From Octopus sinensis (lineage: Eukaryota), in contig NC_043008.1 in NCBI RefSeq assembly GCF_006345805.1, positions 66,774,001 to 66,838,000 on the forward strand: a stretch of DNA of 64,000 nucleotides, given 5' to 3'. A model generated the notes under the pieces. It saw only the letters and a list, made by a program, of their open reading frames with translations. It was not told the origin of the DNA and did not search any database. Positions 12,447 through 24,755 of the stretch are shown in pieces. The position numbers were made by a program, and so were the translations under genes. Every line of letters begins with the position of its first letter. The first letter of the stretch is position 1.

Positions 12447-12490
12447 TAATAATAATAATAATAAATAATAATAATAATAATAATAATAAT
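11801..12490. mobile_element. tRNA-head/hammerhead-tail element, locus 2 (inverted pair with nested insertion)
   Basis: Minus-strand tail at 11801-11990 (gacacCTGATGAagccGAAA, stem II deleted), then (ATT)n, then a plus-strand head remnant ccaagattccgagttcgattccaagcagtgacctgaa at 12331 followed by (AAT)n. Confidence 0.75.
11990..12233 (-). mobile_element. Unclassified non-coding short repeat inserted in a (TAA)n tract
   Basis: About 240 bp of non-coding sequence flanked on both sides by (ATT)n. No tRNA boxes seen. Confidence 0.5.
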
Positions 12491-13029
12491 ATCTAAAATA
12501 CTATGTTTTTCATCGTTATTAAGACAAAAGAGCTATTAGAATGACCGCTAAACAAGGGAAGGGAGTAAAAGGTAAAGGAGTAAAAATGTTCATAGCAATC
12601 GCGTAAGCGCGCATGTCCATACATACACATGCGCGCCCGCACACATACGTACATGTGCCCATATGTATATACTTATCCATACTCGCTTAAAGTGTTACAT
12701 GCGCACCCACACGTACACCAAAAAAATATAATGTATATACATACCCGCATACACGTCCACACACTCACGCGCATAAAATTTTTTATATACACGTCTATAT
12801 ACGTACATGCACAAGAACAAATTGCAGGGTGGAATGTAAAATACAGAAAAGAATGTGTAAAAAATATGAGCAATAAAAATATTAAAAAATATATCTCTAA
12901 AAATATGTAAAATAATATGTAAAAAATATAAGTAAAAAGTACAGAGAGATAAAAAGCTTGTACGTGGACACAATATAAAAAGCAAGTTCTATCTGTGATT
13001 TCGTGGGGACCAAAAATGTAATAAATATT

Positions 13030-13378
13030 TATCCACATATAAATATGAACCGAAAAGTTCAGTTCTTGAGTTTAGACACGTAGCGGTGTCTAAGCTGCTT
13101 TTCCAGATGAGATATCTTTCCATATCACAAAGACTGCACTTTCACTGCCGTTAGTGTAGGGCTTATACTTGGCTAAAATCTCCCAATGGATGTTGTAACT
13201 GACATCTTTATCTTTTAAGGACCATATATGACTGGATAATTTGGTCGTTTTCCTTTTATCCCAGTGCCTGAAGCTCAAGGTGTGATTATTGAACCTTGCC
13301 TTGAAATAACCCTCTGCAAACCCACGTATTTCTTCGTCGAAACCGTGTCCTTAGAGTCAACGGTGGCTTCATAAATGA
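13030..13378 (-). pseudogene. Penelope-like element GIY-YIG endonuclease 3' fragment
   Basis: Frameshifted translation IYEATVDS..KKYVGL.EGYFKARFNNHTLSFRH..KRKTTKLSSHIWSLK...YNIHWEIL...KCSLCDMERYLI....LNSRTELF fits the PLE GIY-YIG pattern. Confidence 0.8.
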
Positions 13379-13380
13379 TG

Positions 13381-13590
13381 GTCTCGGACATGCACCATCA
13401 TCACTACAAGAACTGGAGACTGTTTTAGCTGAAGAATGGACAAAAATTCCTTTGGAAACAATTCAAACTTTGTACGAGTCCACACCTCGTAGAATTCAAG
13501 CTGTAATTACTACCAAAGGCGATCCTATCCCATATTAAAATAAATTTGTTTGAAATTTTAAGGTGTTTCCATTATTTTATCCAACCCCTG
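13381..13590 (+). mobile_element. Tc1 transposon 3' end with right TIR
   Basis: Translation PSSLQELETVLAEEWTKIPLETIQTLYESTPRRIQAVITTKGDPIPY*. The TIR (reverse complement CAGGGGTTGGATAAAATAATGGAAACACC) is followed by TA at 13591. Confidence 0.85.
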
Positions 13591-13631
13591 TAGAGAAGAG
13601 AATGCTAGTAGTAGTAGTAGTAGTTGTAGTA

Positions 13632-13830
13632 GTATAATCCTTTCTACTAAAGGTACAAGGAGGAGACTAGTCAATTATATCGACCCCAGTGTTTCACTGG
13701 TACTTAATTTATCGACTCCGAAAGGATGAAAGGCAAAATTGATCTCGGTGGAATTTGAACTCAGAACGTAGAGAGGACGAAGTGCTGCTAAGTATTTTGC
13801 CTGGCATACCAACAATTCTGACAGCTCGCC
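13632..13830 (-). mobile_element. SINE family B
   Basis: Central domain ggtacttaatttatcgac.ccgaaaggatgaaaggcaaa...ggaatttgaactcagaac. Confidence 0.8.
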
Positions 13831-14140
13831 ACCTGAGTAGTAGTAGTAATAATATAATCGACAACGGTAACAACAATAGTTCTACTATTATTACTAATAA
13901 TAATATAACAATCATAGCAGGAACAATAGTACAAGCAACAATAAGAGAATATTGTCCCTTTTGGAAAGGAAGTTCTGTTTGATTGCTAAGTAACAACTTG
14001 AACGACAATTGCTTAGCATGGCAATAGTGAAAGAGAGAAAAAAATCTGATAGATAAATCGATCTTGCTGACGGGTTTTATTGTTTACGTTAAGCAATGTT
14101 TGAATGTTTCCTATAGATACAGGTAAGTGGTTCGATGACT

Positions 14141-14768
14141 ACGCTGGGAAATCTTAGAGACAATCTAATAGAACTTAACCCCGTTTCAAACTCTCCAACC
14201 GGGTCAATGATATGATGTACGCAAGTCAAAATATCATAGGTCATCTTGTACAGTGTGCAAGTGTCATTCGGTGCATCGCAATACAAATGATTATTACTGT
14301 TGCTGTTAATGCATTCTGTGTGTGTGTGTGTGTGTGTGTGGGGCTGTGTGGTAAGAAGTTTGCTTCCTAACAATATGGTTCTGGGTTCAGAGCCACTTCA
14401 TGGAACCTCAGGTAAGTCTTCTACTATAAGGCTTTGGTCGACCCGAACTTGTAGTAGAAGACACTTGCCTAAGGTGCTATGAAGTGGCTCTGAACCCAGA
14501 ACTATATTGTTAGGAAGCAAATCTCTTAGCACATAGCCACACACACACACACAACCATACAGTCACACACACACACACACACACACAGAGACAATACATT
14601 AACTGCAACAGTAACAGCTATTTGTATTGAAAATCACCTTTTGGCACTTGTACACTGTAGAAGGTGACCTATGATATTTTGACTTCATACATCATATCAT
14701 TGACCTGGCTGGAGAGTTTGAAATGGGTGTTAAGTTCTATTAGATTGTCTCTAAGATTTTCCAGTGTG
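14141..14768. repeat. Fold-back inverted duplication, about 290-320-bp arms, 17-nt spacer
   Basis: 14144-14430 is the reverse complement of 14448-14764. Both arms include a half SINE A with the same private variants (cttcctaacaatatggttctgggttcagagccacttcat). Confidence 0.9.
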
Positions 14769-14799
14769 GACACATACACGAGCGTGCGCATAAATATAT

Positions 14800-15559
14800 A
14801 TATATTCCGTGCTGCATTTGCCAGTGAACAGGTCGCGGTCTCAAAGCGATGAAAATATTTTGGCAAATTGAATTTAAATGTTGAAGTGAATCTAACAGTT
14901 TTTGTGTGTTTCTTAAATGGCTTATAAACACCTTCTACGCTGCAATTGTTTGATAAAATGAAATTTTCTTAACATACCGGTATGATTTAAAAAATTAAGA
15001 AGCGATTTTGTTGGTATGGCTGTTTGGAACACTATAAGCCTTTCAATAATAACTATGTGATCGCTTTTATTTCTAGGACGCTAAACGTAGTTGGGTTACC
15101 TTGAAGTTTGTTTAAATTAGAGATATATGCCAACTACGATAAATTACAGAAAGAAATATTTATTAAGCAAGTGAGATTTTTTATAAATTGAATATTTCAG
15201 GAAAATTTACTTTCTGAACTTCTTTTTATTATTGAATATTTCAAGTTCACATATTTAGATATTCGGTACAAGGTAGTTTTTAACGAGCTTTGTTTATACG
15301 ATTTGTTTCATTTCCTGTTTATTTCATTCGCTGTTTGCAATGTTCTCTCTTCCCTACTCTCTCGCTCACAAATACACTGTCTCTCTAACATAAACACACA
15401 CATTGTCTCTGTAATATAAACACACACGCCAGGTTTGATTTCGTTATTACACAAATATCACATTAGAATTTTGCAATTCAACAAAGGGTATCCAAAAGAA
15501 TGTGAAAATATTATCAAGTGGCTAGTAGAAAACCGCCCGGAGGGCGGTCTTTCTGCTGG
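14800..15559 (+). mobile_element. Non-autonomous Helitron-type element
   Basis: 3' hairpin ACCGCCC-GGA-GGGCGGT followed by CTTTCTGCTGG (CTRR). The 5' part is shared with 16185-16450. Confidence 0.6.
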
Positions 15560-16166
15560 CCTATAGCATAATTGAGAAAGCTGCTTATTAATTAGGTATA
15601 CAACAATTACTAAAAGTTCTAAAAGAAAGCAATTATTAACGGATTGACCGACTGGAAATATTTCTAAGAAATTTCCTATAATTTCGATTTCTCAAGTTTA
15701 TTGAATTTTTAAACTCCAATTTCTCGCAAATTTTAATATTCATTGTGTCCAATTCATCACAAATTTAAATATCCATTGCATTCGCTGCGGAGTATTCCAT
15801 TTTCATTTGCAAAGTCTCTCACTTTCTCTTTTAAGTTTTAATTCGCTAGTAATGTATACGCAATGTAAAAACATTATTTATTGAATGAAATAAAAAAAAA
15901 AAATACCCGTATAATTTTTGAACGTGGGATAGCTGTGAGAAAAGCCCAGAAAGTTGAGTAATTACGAGGAGAAGTATTCGAAACTTACATCTTATTCAGT
16001 TTCCAAATGCAACTTCAACAGTCACACATACACACAAATGCACACTTGCACACACACATAAATACACATACATACAAATGAAAGTCAATGAATGTGTGTG
16101 TGTGTGTGTGTGCACGTGCGTGCGTGTATGTGTGTACGTGTGTGTGTGTGTGTGTGTGCGTGCGTG

Positions 16167-16450
16167 CTGTTCACTGACAAAACTCCGTGCTGCATCACTT
16201 TTGTGAAGTTTTGTCAGTGAACAGGTCGCAGTTTCAAAGCGACGAAAATATTTTGACACAAACGATGTTTTAATGTCGAAGTGAAGCTAACGGTATTTGT
16301 GTGTTCTTGAATGGTTTACAAACATCTTCCACGCAGCAATTGTTTTTGTTTCAGCACACAATCTCAGATCAAGTCACTTGCTATACAAATACATCTCCAT
16401 GATTTAAAAAAATTACTGTGGATAAACGCCAGGAATGACCTTCTCAGACT
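16167..16450 (+). mobile_element. Helitron/Helentron-family fragment with perfect 18-bp inverted repeat
   Basis: CTGTTCACTGACAAAACT (16167-16184) pairs with AGTTTTGTCAGTGAACAG (16207-16224). The body matches 14805-15000. Confidence 0.55.
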
Positions 16451-17169
16451 CTCCAATATTTTAATTTCTAAACAGAAACAATCGGGGATAGGATGTGGGA
16501 TTGCAAAAAATTTATAATTTCTCAAATTTTCTTTTTTATAGCATATAAATGTATTTATGGGGGGGGGGGGAAATATTGAAAAACTTTAATACCTGCGCGA
16601 GTGATAAAGAAACGAGGAGGGTTGTCTTTGGATGTGCTAGAAACAACAGCCAAATCGCCCTTAAATCACTTTATCCTCTGAAAATATTAACTTTTTTTAA
16701 TATTTTTTTTTACTGAAAATGCTTCCCCTATGGTTTTGAAGTACAAAAAAATGGCCAAAATAGGTCCAGAATGGGATGAAGAGGAAGGGGTGTTAAAGAA
16801 AAAAAGTTTTTAAAACTTTTTTCATACAAAGATGCCCTCCCCCACCAACTGCATCATTTCGAAGGCCGTGGTTTTTTAAGAAATGGGGAGAATCCCCGAA
16901 AAATTTTCCTCACAAATTTCTTCATTATCGTAATCTGTGCCGTTTGAAAGGGATTTGTATAAATTTTCATTAAAAGATACCCATCTTCCTGAAAGTAATG
17001 AGGAAAAAAAGTTAAATTGTGTGAATTTTCTGAAACTCCTCTCTCCCTCCCATCGCAAAAATTCTTTCCCATAAATCCCTATATACTCTGAAGCCACAAC
17101 ATCTAAGCAGTATTTGTAGAAAATTTTGTTAAAACGTATTCATTTTTCTGGATGTTATGAGGCAACTAA

Positions 17170-17570
17170 GTTGGGGGTGTATACATCTGTAGTAACGCCT
17201 TTTTATTTATACGATTTTTTCATTTCATATTTATTTCGTTCATTGTTTGCAATGTTCTCTCTCTCACACACACTGCAAAGCTTACAGATGGGCTGCTGAA
17301 TTGAAATCTCTATGTTGCTTTGAGGGGAAGGTAAAACTTGACAAACTGCTTCTCCCTCTGTTGTTGGACTACCGTGATGTTTGTTTAAAAAACTGAGAAA
17401 TTATGACTGTGATAAAATAATGGAAGCAATATTTACTAAGTAAGTGAGCATTATTATACAAAGAAATAATTAGACATGAAATATAAAAATTATTAGAAAT
17501 GGGAATCAAATGTGAGAATATATTATCAAGGAATTGCAGAAAACCGCCCGGAGGGCGGTCTTTCTGCTAG
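17170..17570 (+). mobile_element. Non-autonomous Helitron 3' portion
   Basis: Same hairpin ACCGCCCGGAGGGCGGT, then CTTTCTG-CTAG followed by T, which is the canonical Helitron 3' end. Confidence 0.7.
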
Positions 17571-17696
17571 TATATATAATAATGATAATATTAATCTGCT
17601 TGATTCTATCTGGCTTTCTCTGTATGTTACACTTACGACATCAAGAGAAGTTATTACTCGAATGGAGAAATATATATATATATAATCAGCGAAAAA

Positions 17697-17743
<47 letters not shown>

Positions 17744-18270
17744 GGACAGACAGATAGACAGAGAAAGAGAGAGGTTGGGGAGAAAAAAGAACGAAACAAT
17801 GAAAGAACCAGAAGGGAATAGTTGAATCAACGAAAATATACGAGAGAAAGAGAGACGGACAGACAGAGAGGGGGAGGGGGTGAAAGACAGTTTATATTAG
17901 AGAATGAAGGGGAAGTAGAAAGTTTCTTCATTTGTCCGTAACAAATGCAGGCTCGATCGAAATGTTTAACAAAATGAAACAATGTCATGAAGATCTTTAC
18001 GCTTATATCGATATATATATATATATATATAACTTTACGCTTATATTGATATATCGATAAAGAGTTAAATTAAAGTGAAATTAACTTAGCAAATAGCTGT
18101 GAAAGTTACACTTTTATCTTTTACGTGTTCTAGACTAAAACTTGTGGCCATACTAGGGTAACACTGTTATTGATTGTTATTTATTTGCTTTTTGGTTAAG
18201 TTTAAATGCTTTTGAAAGTAAGCAGATACACATTGCCAGAAGGGAAAGTAGATATGATAGTTACTTAGAC

Positions 18271-18489
18271 CAGTGCTTTTCAACCTTTTTGTTGGAGCGG
18301 AACCCCAAGGAAATATTCCACTGGCTCGAGGAGCCCATGTGCAATGATTTAATTGTTTTATGCATACATATCTGCACAGGAGAATTAAAAATTACTGTCG
18401 ATTTTAGCATTTTTGTAACTTCTTGCGGAACCCCTGGACTATACTGGTGGAACACTAAGTTTCCACGGAACCCTGGTTGAAAACCACTG
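18271..18489. mobile_element. hAT-type MITE (219 bp)
   Basis: TIRs CAGTG(C/G)TTTTCAACC and a perfect 8-bp TSD ACTTAGAC at 18263-18270 and 18490-18497. Confidence 0.92.
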
Positions 18490-18837
18490 ACTTAGACAGA
18501 CGGACGGGCGGGCGGGTGGGCATGCAGGTAAGCATGTAGGTTGGTCTTATGCAAATTGGATGATATATTAATAGATATACAAATAGATAGATCGCTGAAC
18601 TGAAGTGAGACGAAAAGAAATGTAAACATCCTCTGTTGGTAAATAACCCAGATTGAGCCTTGTTGGTGGTTGAACAACGAACATGTTTGTTTCCAGATTT
18701 TTATTTTTTATTTTTAAAAATTCCTTCACTTAATGTATGCGCTTTAATGCAATTTAATCAATTTAATGCTTGCTCAATCAAAACATTTGTTTCTAAAATA
18801 TGGACTATGATCCTTGCTTGTGTTCCATATATTAACA

Positions 18838-19045
18838 TACTTTTCTACTCTAGGCCCAAGGTCCGAGATTTTGGGGAAGGGGACCAGTCGATTAGATCGA
18901 CCTCAGTACGCAACAGGTACTTAATTTATCGACCCCGAAAGGATGAAAGGCAAAGTCGACCTCGGCGGAATTTGAACTCAGAACGTAAAGACATACGAAT
19001 CACTGCTAAGCATTTCGTGCTAACGTTTCTGCCAACTCGTCGTCT
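18838..19045 (-). mobile_element. SINE family B
   Basis: Family B central domain and head. Confidence 0.8.
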
Positions 19046-19546
19046 TGTTCCATATACTAATGTTTTCAAAGGTGCTGACTTATATCGGAGAATTTCCACG
19101 GGTCCTGCTAATATATATAAAAACAGGAACCTCGATTCATGAATTTAATTCGTTCCTGAAGAGCGCAAGGGGAAATAAGTTGGTATAGCATGGAAAGAAT
19201 AGGTTTCTGGAGTTTTTGAGCTGCCTCTCGTATGGGGAGAGACAGAAAGAAAGAAAGAGGCTTTTACTGTCAATATTTCTCTTTTTCTTATGACGGGACA
19301 ATCCCAAAGAGTCATATTTCTCCACTCGGCATACAAATTCGTGAACTGCACTATACACACACATACATGCATACTCACACGGGCATTCATGTGCACACAG
19401 ATACACACGCATGCATATATTCATATCACGGCTGACAAGTAGTTTACCACCATAAAAAGGGAAAATAAATGGCAAAAAAAAATGAAAGTAAATCGCGATA
19501 AAAACTTGCAGAAACCAGTGACATACAAAATTTCATAAAACATTTA

Positions 19547-20279
19547 ATATCTGATGGTTGGACTTCCTTTGTGACTCTTGGCAACTTCTATACTTATATC
19601 AACTATCCCCTCAGTTTTGTTTATCCGAACGATGATAGTGTAGCGCTTAGTGAAATACATCCTCTTACTCTGAGATATGTAATACAAATACGGACGTAGC
19701 AGATAACAGATAGCTTTCGGCTTCTTAGGCCCAGTTGTGTCCACTACTCTGATTGGTTGGTTTTGGTGCAGTTTGTCTCTGGCTTTATTTCGCACCAATG
19801 TGCAAACCAACCAAACGCAACCTTCTGATAAGGTTCCGTGAATGCTTCGTTTGAGCCAACTAATCTCTATAAAGCAAGTCATAACAAACCGTATTGTGTC
19901 TTTCGTTCTAATCCTTCTAAGGACTAACCTCTGACCACAGAGCAGACAGCCAGTTCCAGCGACTCTGCCATGTTCCAGCGACAGACAACACTAACAGCAT
20001 TTCAGGACCTTCTCCACCGTCACCTTTAAAGGAATCATTCATTCGTCACCATCTCCTTTCGCACGGTCGTTCTACAATAGTATCCATATACAGAATATAG
20101 AAGGGCGATGGATGCTCGCCAAGAAGAAACTTAGGCGACAATGTGGGATTAATGATGATTAATTTGCACCATATCCTCATGAGCATTTGTGACAAAATAA
20201 ATTTGAAGATCTTGAGAATCGCCGAGAAACTATTCACGAATCTTTCTCATACATCAATAACTGCAATGTTTTCCCGTAA
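19547..20279 (+). pseudogene. Merlin (IS1016/ISXO2-like) DDE transposase C-terminal fragment, interrupted by a solo LTR
   Basis: Removing 19639-20076 and one ATAG restores one frame: ISDGWTSFVTLGNFYTYINYPLSFVYPNDDSIHIQNIEGRWMLAKKKLRRQCGINDD*FAPYPHEHL*QNKF. This fits the Merlin pattern SDxW...FVxP...HTQxIExxW..K......YLxEFxWR. Confidence 0.75.
19639..20076. mobile_element. Solo LTR, 438 bp (Gypsy-type)
   Basis: TGTAG...CTACA termini and a 4-bp TSD ATAG at 19635-19638 and 20077-20080. Its excision restores the host reading frame. Confidence 0.8.
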
Positions 20280-20451
20280 ATGTGATTATTTTCAACATGG
20301 CTGTTCCGTAGAAACCGACGTTATCGCTTGCATTGATAACCAGCTGGAAGAGACGTCCTCCTGGGGTTAAATACGGTAGTAACATCTATTCCTACGGAGC
20401 AACCATGTTGAAGTGGCGATAAACATTATTTCTCAGTTTAGCTACTACTTT

Positions 20452-20843
20452 CATCTCTTTACTCTTTTACTTGTTTCAGTCATTTGACTGCGGCCATGCT
20501 GGAGCACAGCCTTTAGTCAAGCAAATCGACCCAGGACTTATTCTTTGTAAGCCTAGTACTTATTCTATCGGTCTCTTTTGCCGAACCGCTAAGTTACTGG
20601 GACGTAAACACATCAGCATCGGTTGTCAAGCGGGGGGGGGGACAAACAGACATACAAACACATATATACATATACATATATACGACGGGCTTCTTTCAGT
20701 TTCCGTCTATCAAATCCACTCAAGGCTTTGGTCGGCCCGGGGCTATAGTAGAAGACACTTGCCCAAGATGCCACGCAGTGGGACTGAACCCAGAACCATG
20801 TGGTTGGTAAGCAAGCTACTTACCACACAGCCACTCCTGCGCC
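20452..20843 (-). mobile_element. SINE family A, full length
   Basis: Complete head, body and tail. Confidence 0.9.
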
Positions 20844-20869
20844 TATCTCTTATAGAGATTTTCTAACTA

Positions 20870-21364
20870 CAGTGATCCCTCCTTTATCGCGGTAGATTGG
20901 TTCCGAGACCGGCTGCGATAACTGAATTTCCGCGAAGTAGGGACACCATATTTACAGTATTTATTTAACGTGTATTTGGACTTTTAAACCCCTCCCTGTA
21001 CTGTTAACAACCCACCTATTACAGTAGTCTATTAATAATGAGGACAACTATTAAACAATAGCACTTTAGATTTAAAAAAATAAAGATTGTTTCAGTTATA
21101 CAGGCCAGATTACAAAATAGAAAGCTGTGATTCGTCGTCTCTCTCCATTGCACCAATCACAGCCCGTCTTAAGTTCAAATATCCCTGTATAAGCTTTTTT
21201 ACTATTTTACGCTTGTTTTGTTGTTCCTAGACTAGGAAATAATATTTATTATTAATATTTTAATGGATTTAATGAAAAATTTTAGGCGATCATATATATA
21301 TTTTTAAAATCCGCGAAGTCGTGAATCCGCGATAGTAGAACCGCGAAGTAGCGAGGGATCACTG
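20870..21364. mobile_element. pogo/Tigger-type MITE (495 bp)
   Basis: TIR CAGTGATCCCTC(C/G)CT...CGCGG at both ends, TA on both flanks and CGCG(A/G) subterminal repeats. Confidence 0.88.
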
Positions 21365-22162
21365 TAGCTACTTTGCTTGTCGATTATTTTCATTTTATAT
21401 AAAAAATATATGTATGGTTTTCATCTTATATTAAATATATGTACGTTCTATACATTGATTATGTCACATAAATTGTTGACATGAAAAAATATATATATTC
21501 GTCACTTCATGTTTCTATCGCAATTTCCTTTAATTTTTTTTAGGTCAATTTATTTTCCCTTTTTCTACGACAGTCAATTGCATATTGACCTTATGTTGCT
21601 TTAAGTACTTTAAACATATATGCATATATTGTGTGTGTATCTGTGTGTGTGTGCGCGCAAGTGCATGCGTGTGTGTTTCAATCGATAGACCTAAACGTGT
21701 ATGTGTCTAGCTTTATACTTGATATATCAATATACATGTACAGGCAGATATCTATCATCGTAGATTTAAATGCACGCACACACATACATACATTCGTTCA
21801 CTATTTTATAGCCATGCTTGGGGACTCAGACGAACGTGATCAGAAATTTTCCATTAACCATCTGCCGATCACATTGATCAATCGATCAGCCAGTGAATAA
21901 AGCAGATAACCTAAATTATTATAGACAACTTTATCTCCGGGAATGTCCTGGTCATACAATCGTGTTGTATATAATAAACATGCATGTAAATAGACACACT
22001 GAAGCATGCACAAATGTAATAATGATAATGCATTCATGGCCTAATTAATAATTATAAGCTCCAAAGTTATATATAATATATATGAAGATACATACAGAGG
22101 TAGTTACATACATACATACATATATATTAAAGATATATACAAATATATCTAACGGACGTTAA

Positions 22163-22190
22163 ATGATGATGATGATGGTGGTGGTTGTGG

Positions 22191-22228
<38 letters not shown>

Positions 22229-22339
22229 GTGATGGTGATGATGATGATGATGATGATGACGATGATGGGGATGATGATGATGATGATGGTGATGGTGATG
22301 ATGGTGATGATGATGATGACGATCATGGTGATGATGATG

Positions 22340-22371
<32 letters not shown>

Positions 22372-22393
22372 GATGATGAGGATGGTGATGATG

Positions 22394-22425
<32 letters not shown>

Positions 22426-22435
22426 GATGATGATT
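22163..22435. repeat. (GAT)n/(GGT) trinucleotide microsatellite
   Basis: Directly visible. Confidence 0.95.
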
Positions 22436-23018
22436 CGATAGAACCTTAGCACGTCAACACGTAGGACGCCGGAAATGGCTAGGTACAATAACATAAAGTT
22501 CGCTGTGAGGTAAGCAACAATGGAGGTATCAAGTGTTGGTAGGATACTGTAACTATGTTGAATCATACATCTCACTCTGGGGTCGGTTCTCGGCGTGGCG
22601 TAGGCATCAAAAGAGAATGCAAATGGTGTTTACAATAGCCGTTTCAGTAGAATTTTATAGATGTATTTATAGACTACGTCATAACATATAAACCACTGTC
22701 TTCAGATAAAATTTTGAACAGGTACGACGTCAAATAGATGAGATTTCATACATCGAACCTGACAAATCCAACGTCATTGGATTAATGTTTCTTTAAAAAA
22801 TAACATGCAAATATATAGGAAAATTAGGTGTGGCTTCAACGGGTATGCGAGAAGCAAATAGATCAAACGACTATATTATTTAAATTCACTTATTTAAATT
22901 AGTTTATAGCTAATAATGAGTTGACAACATACGAGAAACACAGACATAGTATAAGCTTGATTTGACATTAAAGATCATCAAAACCAAAAGGTATTTTATC
23001 ACTAAGTAATATCTTTGC

Positions 23019-23049
<31 letters not shown>

Positions 23050-23086
23050 TGTATGTATGTATGTATGTATGTATGTATGTATATAT

Positions 23087-23122
<36 letters not shown>

Positions 23123-23384
23123 ATACAAATAAGAAAATGGAGGAACAGATTCCTTACAATCATTAACTTACAGATATTACCAATTCATGTTATTTATTAA
23201 CTACTTAAATAGGAACATCCAAATCCAACAGAATAAAACAATATACATCAATAAGTAAGATAATACGATAAAAATGATACATATAAAATGGATCTTACAG
23301 CTGTTTCAGCCCGTAGATAAAGGTATCTCATTGTGCCTATATTAGTCATATGTATTGAGGTAATATGCACTTAAAAATGAGTTA

Positions 23385-23435
<51 letters not shown>

Positions 23436-24066
23436 CATATATTTTGCTTAGGTATAGCGATATTAATAACCTGGTGTTAGAACTCAATGTACATATGCTT
23501 CAGAGAGAAGCGCTACTCAAGTACAGAGCGTAAAAAAAAATTAATAAACAAGAGCACTCAGAGAGCGCAAACTTCTGCCAAGGCAACACCAACGTCCTCA
23601 TTTTTTTTATTACCCACAAGGGGCCAAACATAGAGGTTTATACAGCACAAAAGACTATACCAAAACATAAAATCGGGGAAATAAAAATACAAAAAGGAAA
23701 TCGAGCAAAGAAGAAAAAACAAAAGAAACGAATGAAATTATGAATAATGATAAAATGAGGCGCAATGCTCACTATTAGAATATACTGTCTAATTCTTTTT
23801 TTTTATTATTATGATTGCATCGAGAACGCACTGTGAATAAGTTATCTATCATTAATATAAATGAAGGCACAGACACGACAGTATAGTTAAGAAGCTCTCT
23901 TTGCAGCCACCTGGTTTCGGGTTCAGCCCCATTGTGCAGCACTTTTGGTATGTTTCTTCGACTATAGCCCTCGGTTGACCAATACCTTGTGAGTGTATTT
24001 GGAATATGGAAGCTGTATGGAAGCCAGTCGTAAACAGACACACAGACACACAGACACACACACACA

Positions 24067-24148
<82 letters not shown>

Positions 24149-24186
24149 CACGTACACATACACATACGTACATACATACATACATA

Positions 24187-24395
24187 CAAGAGGGCCGCTG
24201 AAAATTTCCTGATTTGGGGTAAAAAAATAGAGGATCAGTTATGATTTTATTTAACATATTCCCCTCTCAGATTCACACACTTATTGCAGCAGTCCTTCAG
24301 TTTTTCTAAGCCCTGTAAATAACTCGGAAGGTTGAGCCTCCAATAAGGCCTTTTGTGATACCCTTAAAATCAGGAACTTTTCAGCACCCGCCACG
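24187..24395. mobile_element. mariner-type MITE (209 bp)
   Basis: Imperfect TIRs C..G.GG..GCTGAAAA(T/G)TTCCTGATTT, with TA on both flanks. Confidence 0.75.
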
Positions 24396-24755
24396 TACAT
24401 ATTTGATGAAGATCTGTTGAATAGATCAAAGCAGATTTAATGTGAAGCACGCCACTTATCATGGCTACACAGTATGGCACAAATCAACAGATAAAGCAAT
24501 CAAGTCAGTGAAGACTGCATCAATAAAGGAAAGCCCATTGGTGTACAGTGTGATGCAAATCCAAAATTATCGAATGCAATATGGAATTATAGGTATGGTA
24601 TGATGCCATAATAAAATACACGGATGGATTTTATGTATAGATGTGTACATTTATACATGCCTTCCTCTATAATGTTATACCACTATAAAATCTCTTAATG
24701 AAACATTTGTAGATATACCATACGTTCATCTGTTTTATCATTGTTATTATTATAA

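Noticed and set aside
19150-19185. CTGAAGAG-cgcaaggg-GAAA
   Set aside because: Stem II does not pair, and there is no stem I or III.
19544-19882. 112-aa minus-strand ORF (HGTLSEGCVWLVC...) that looks protein-like
   Set aside because: It lies antisense across a solo LTR and Merlin remnant, has no recognisable family, and is explained by those elements.
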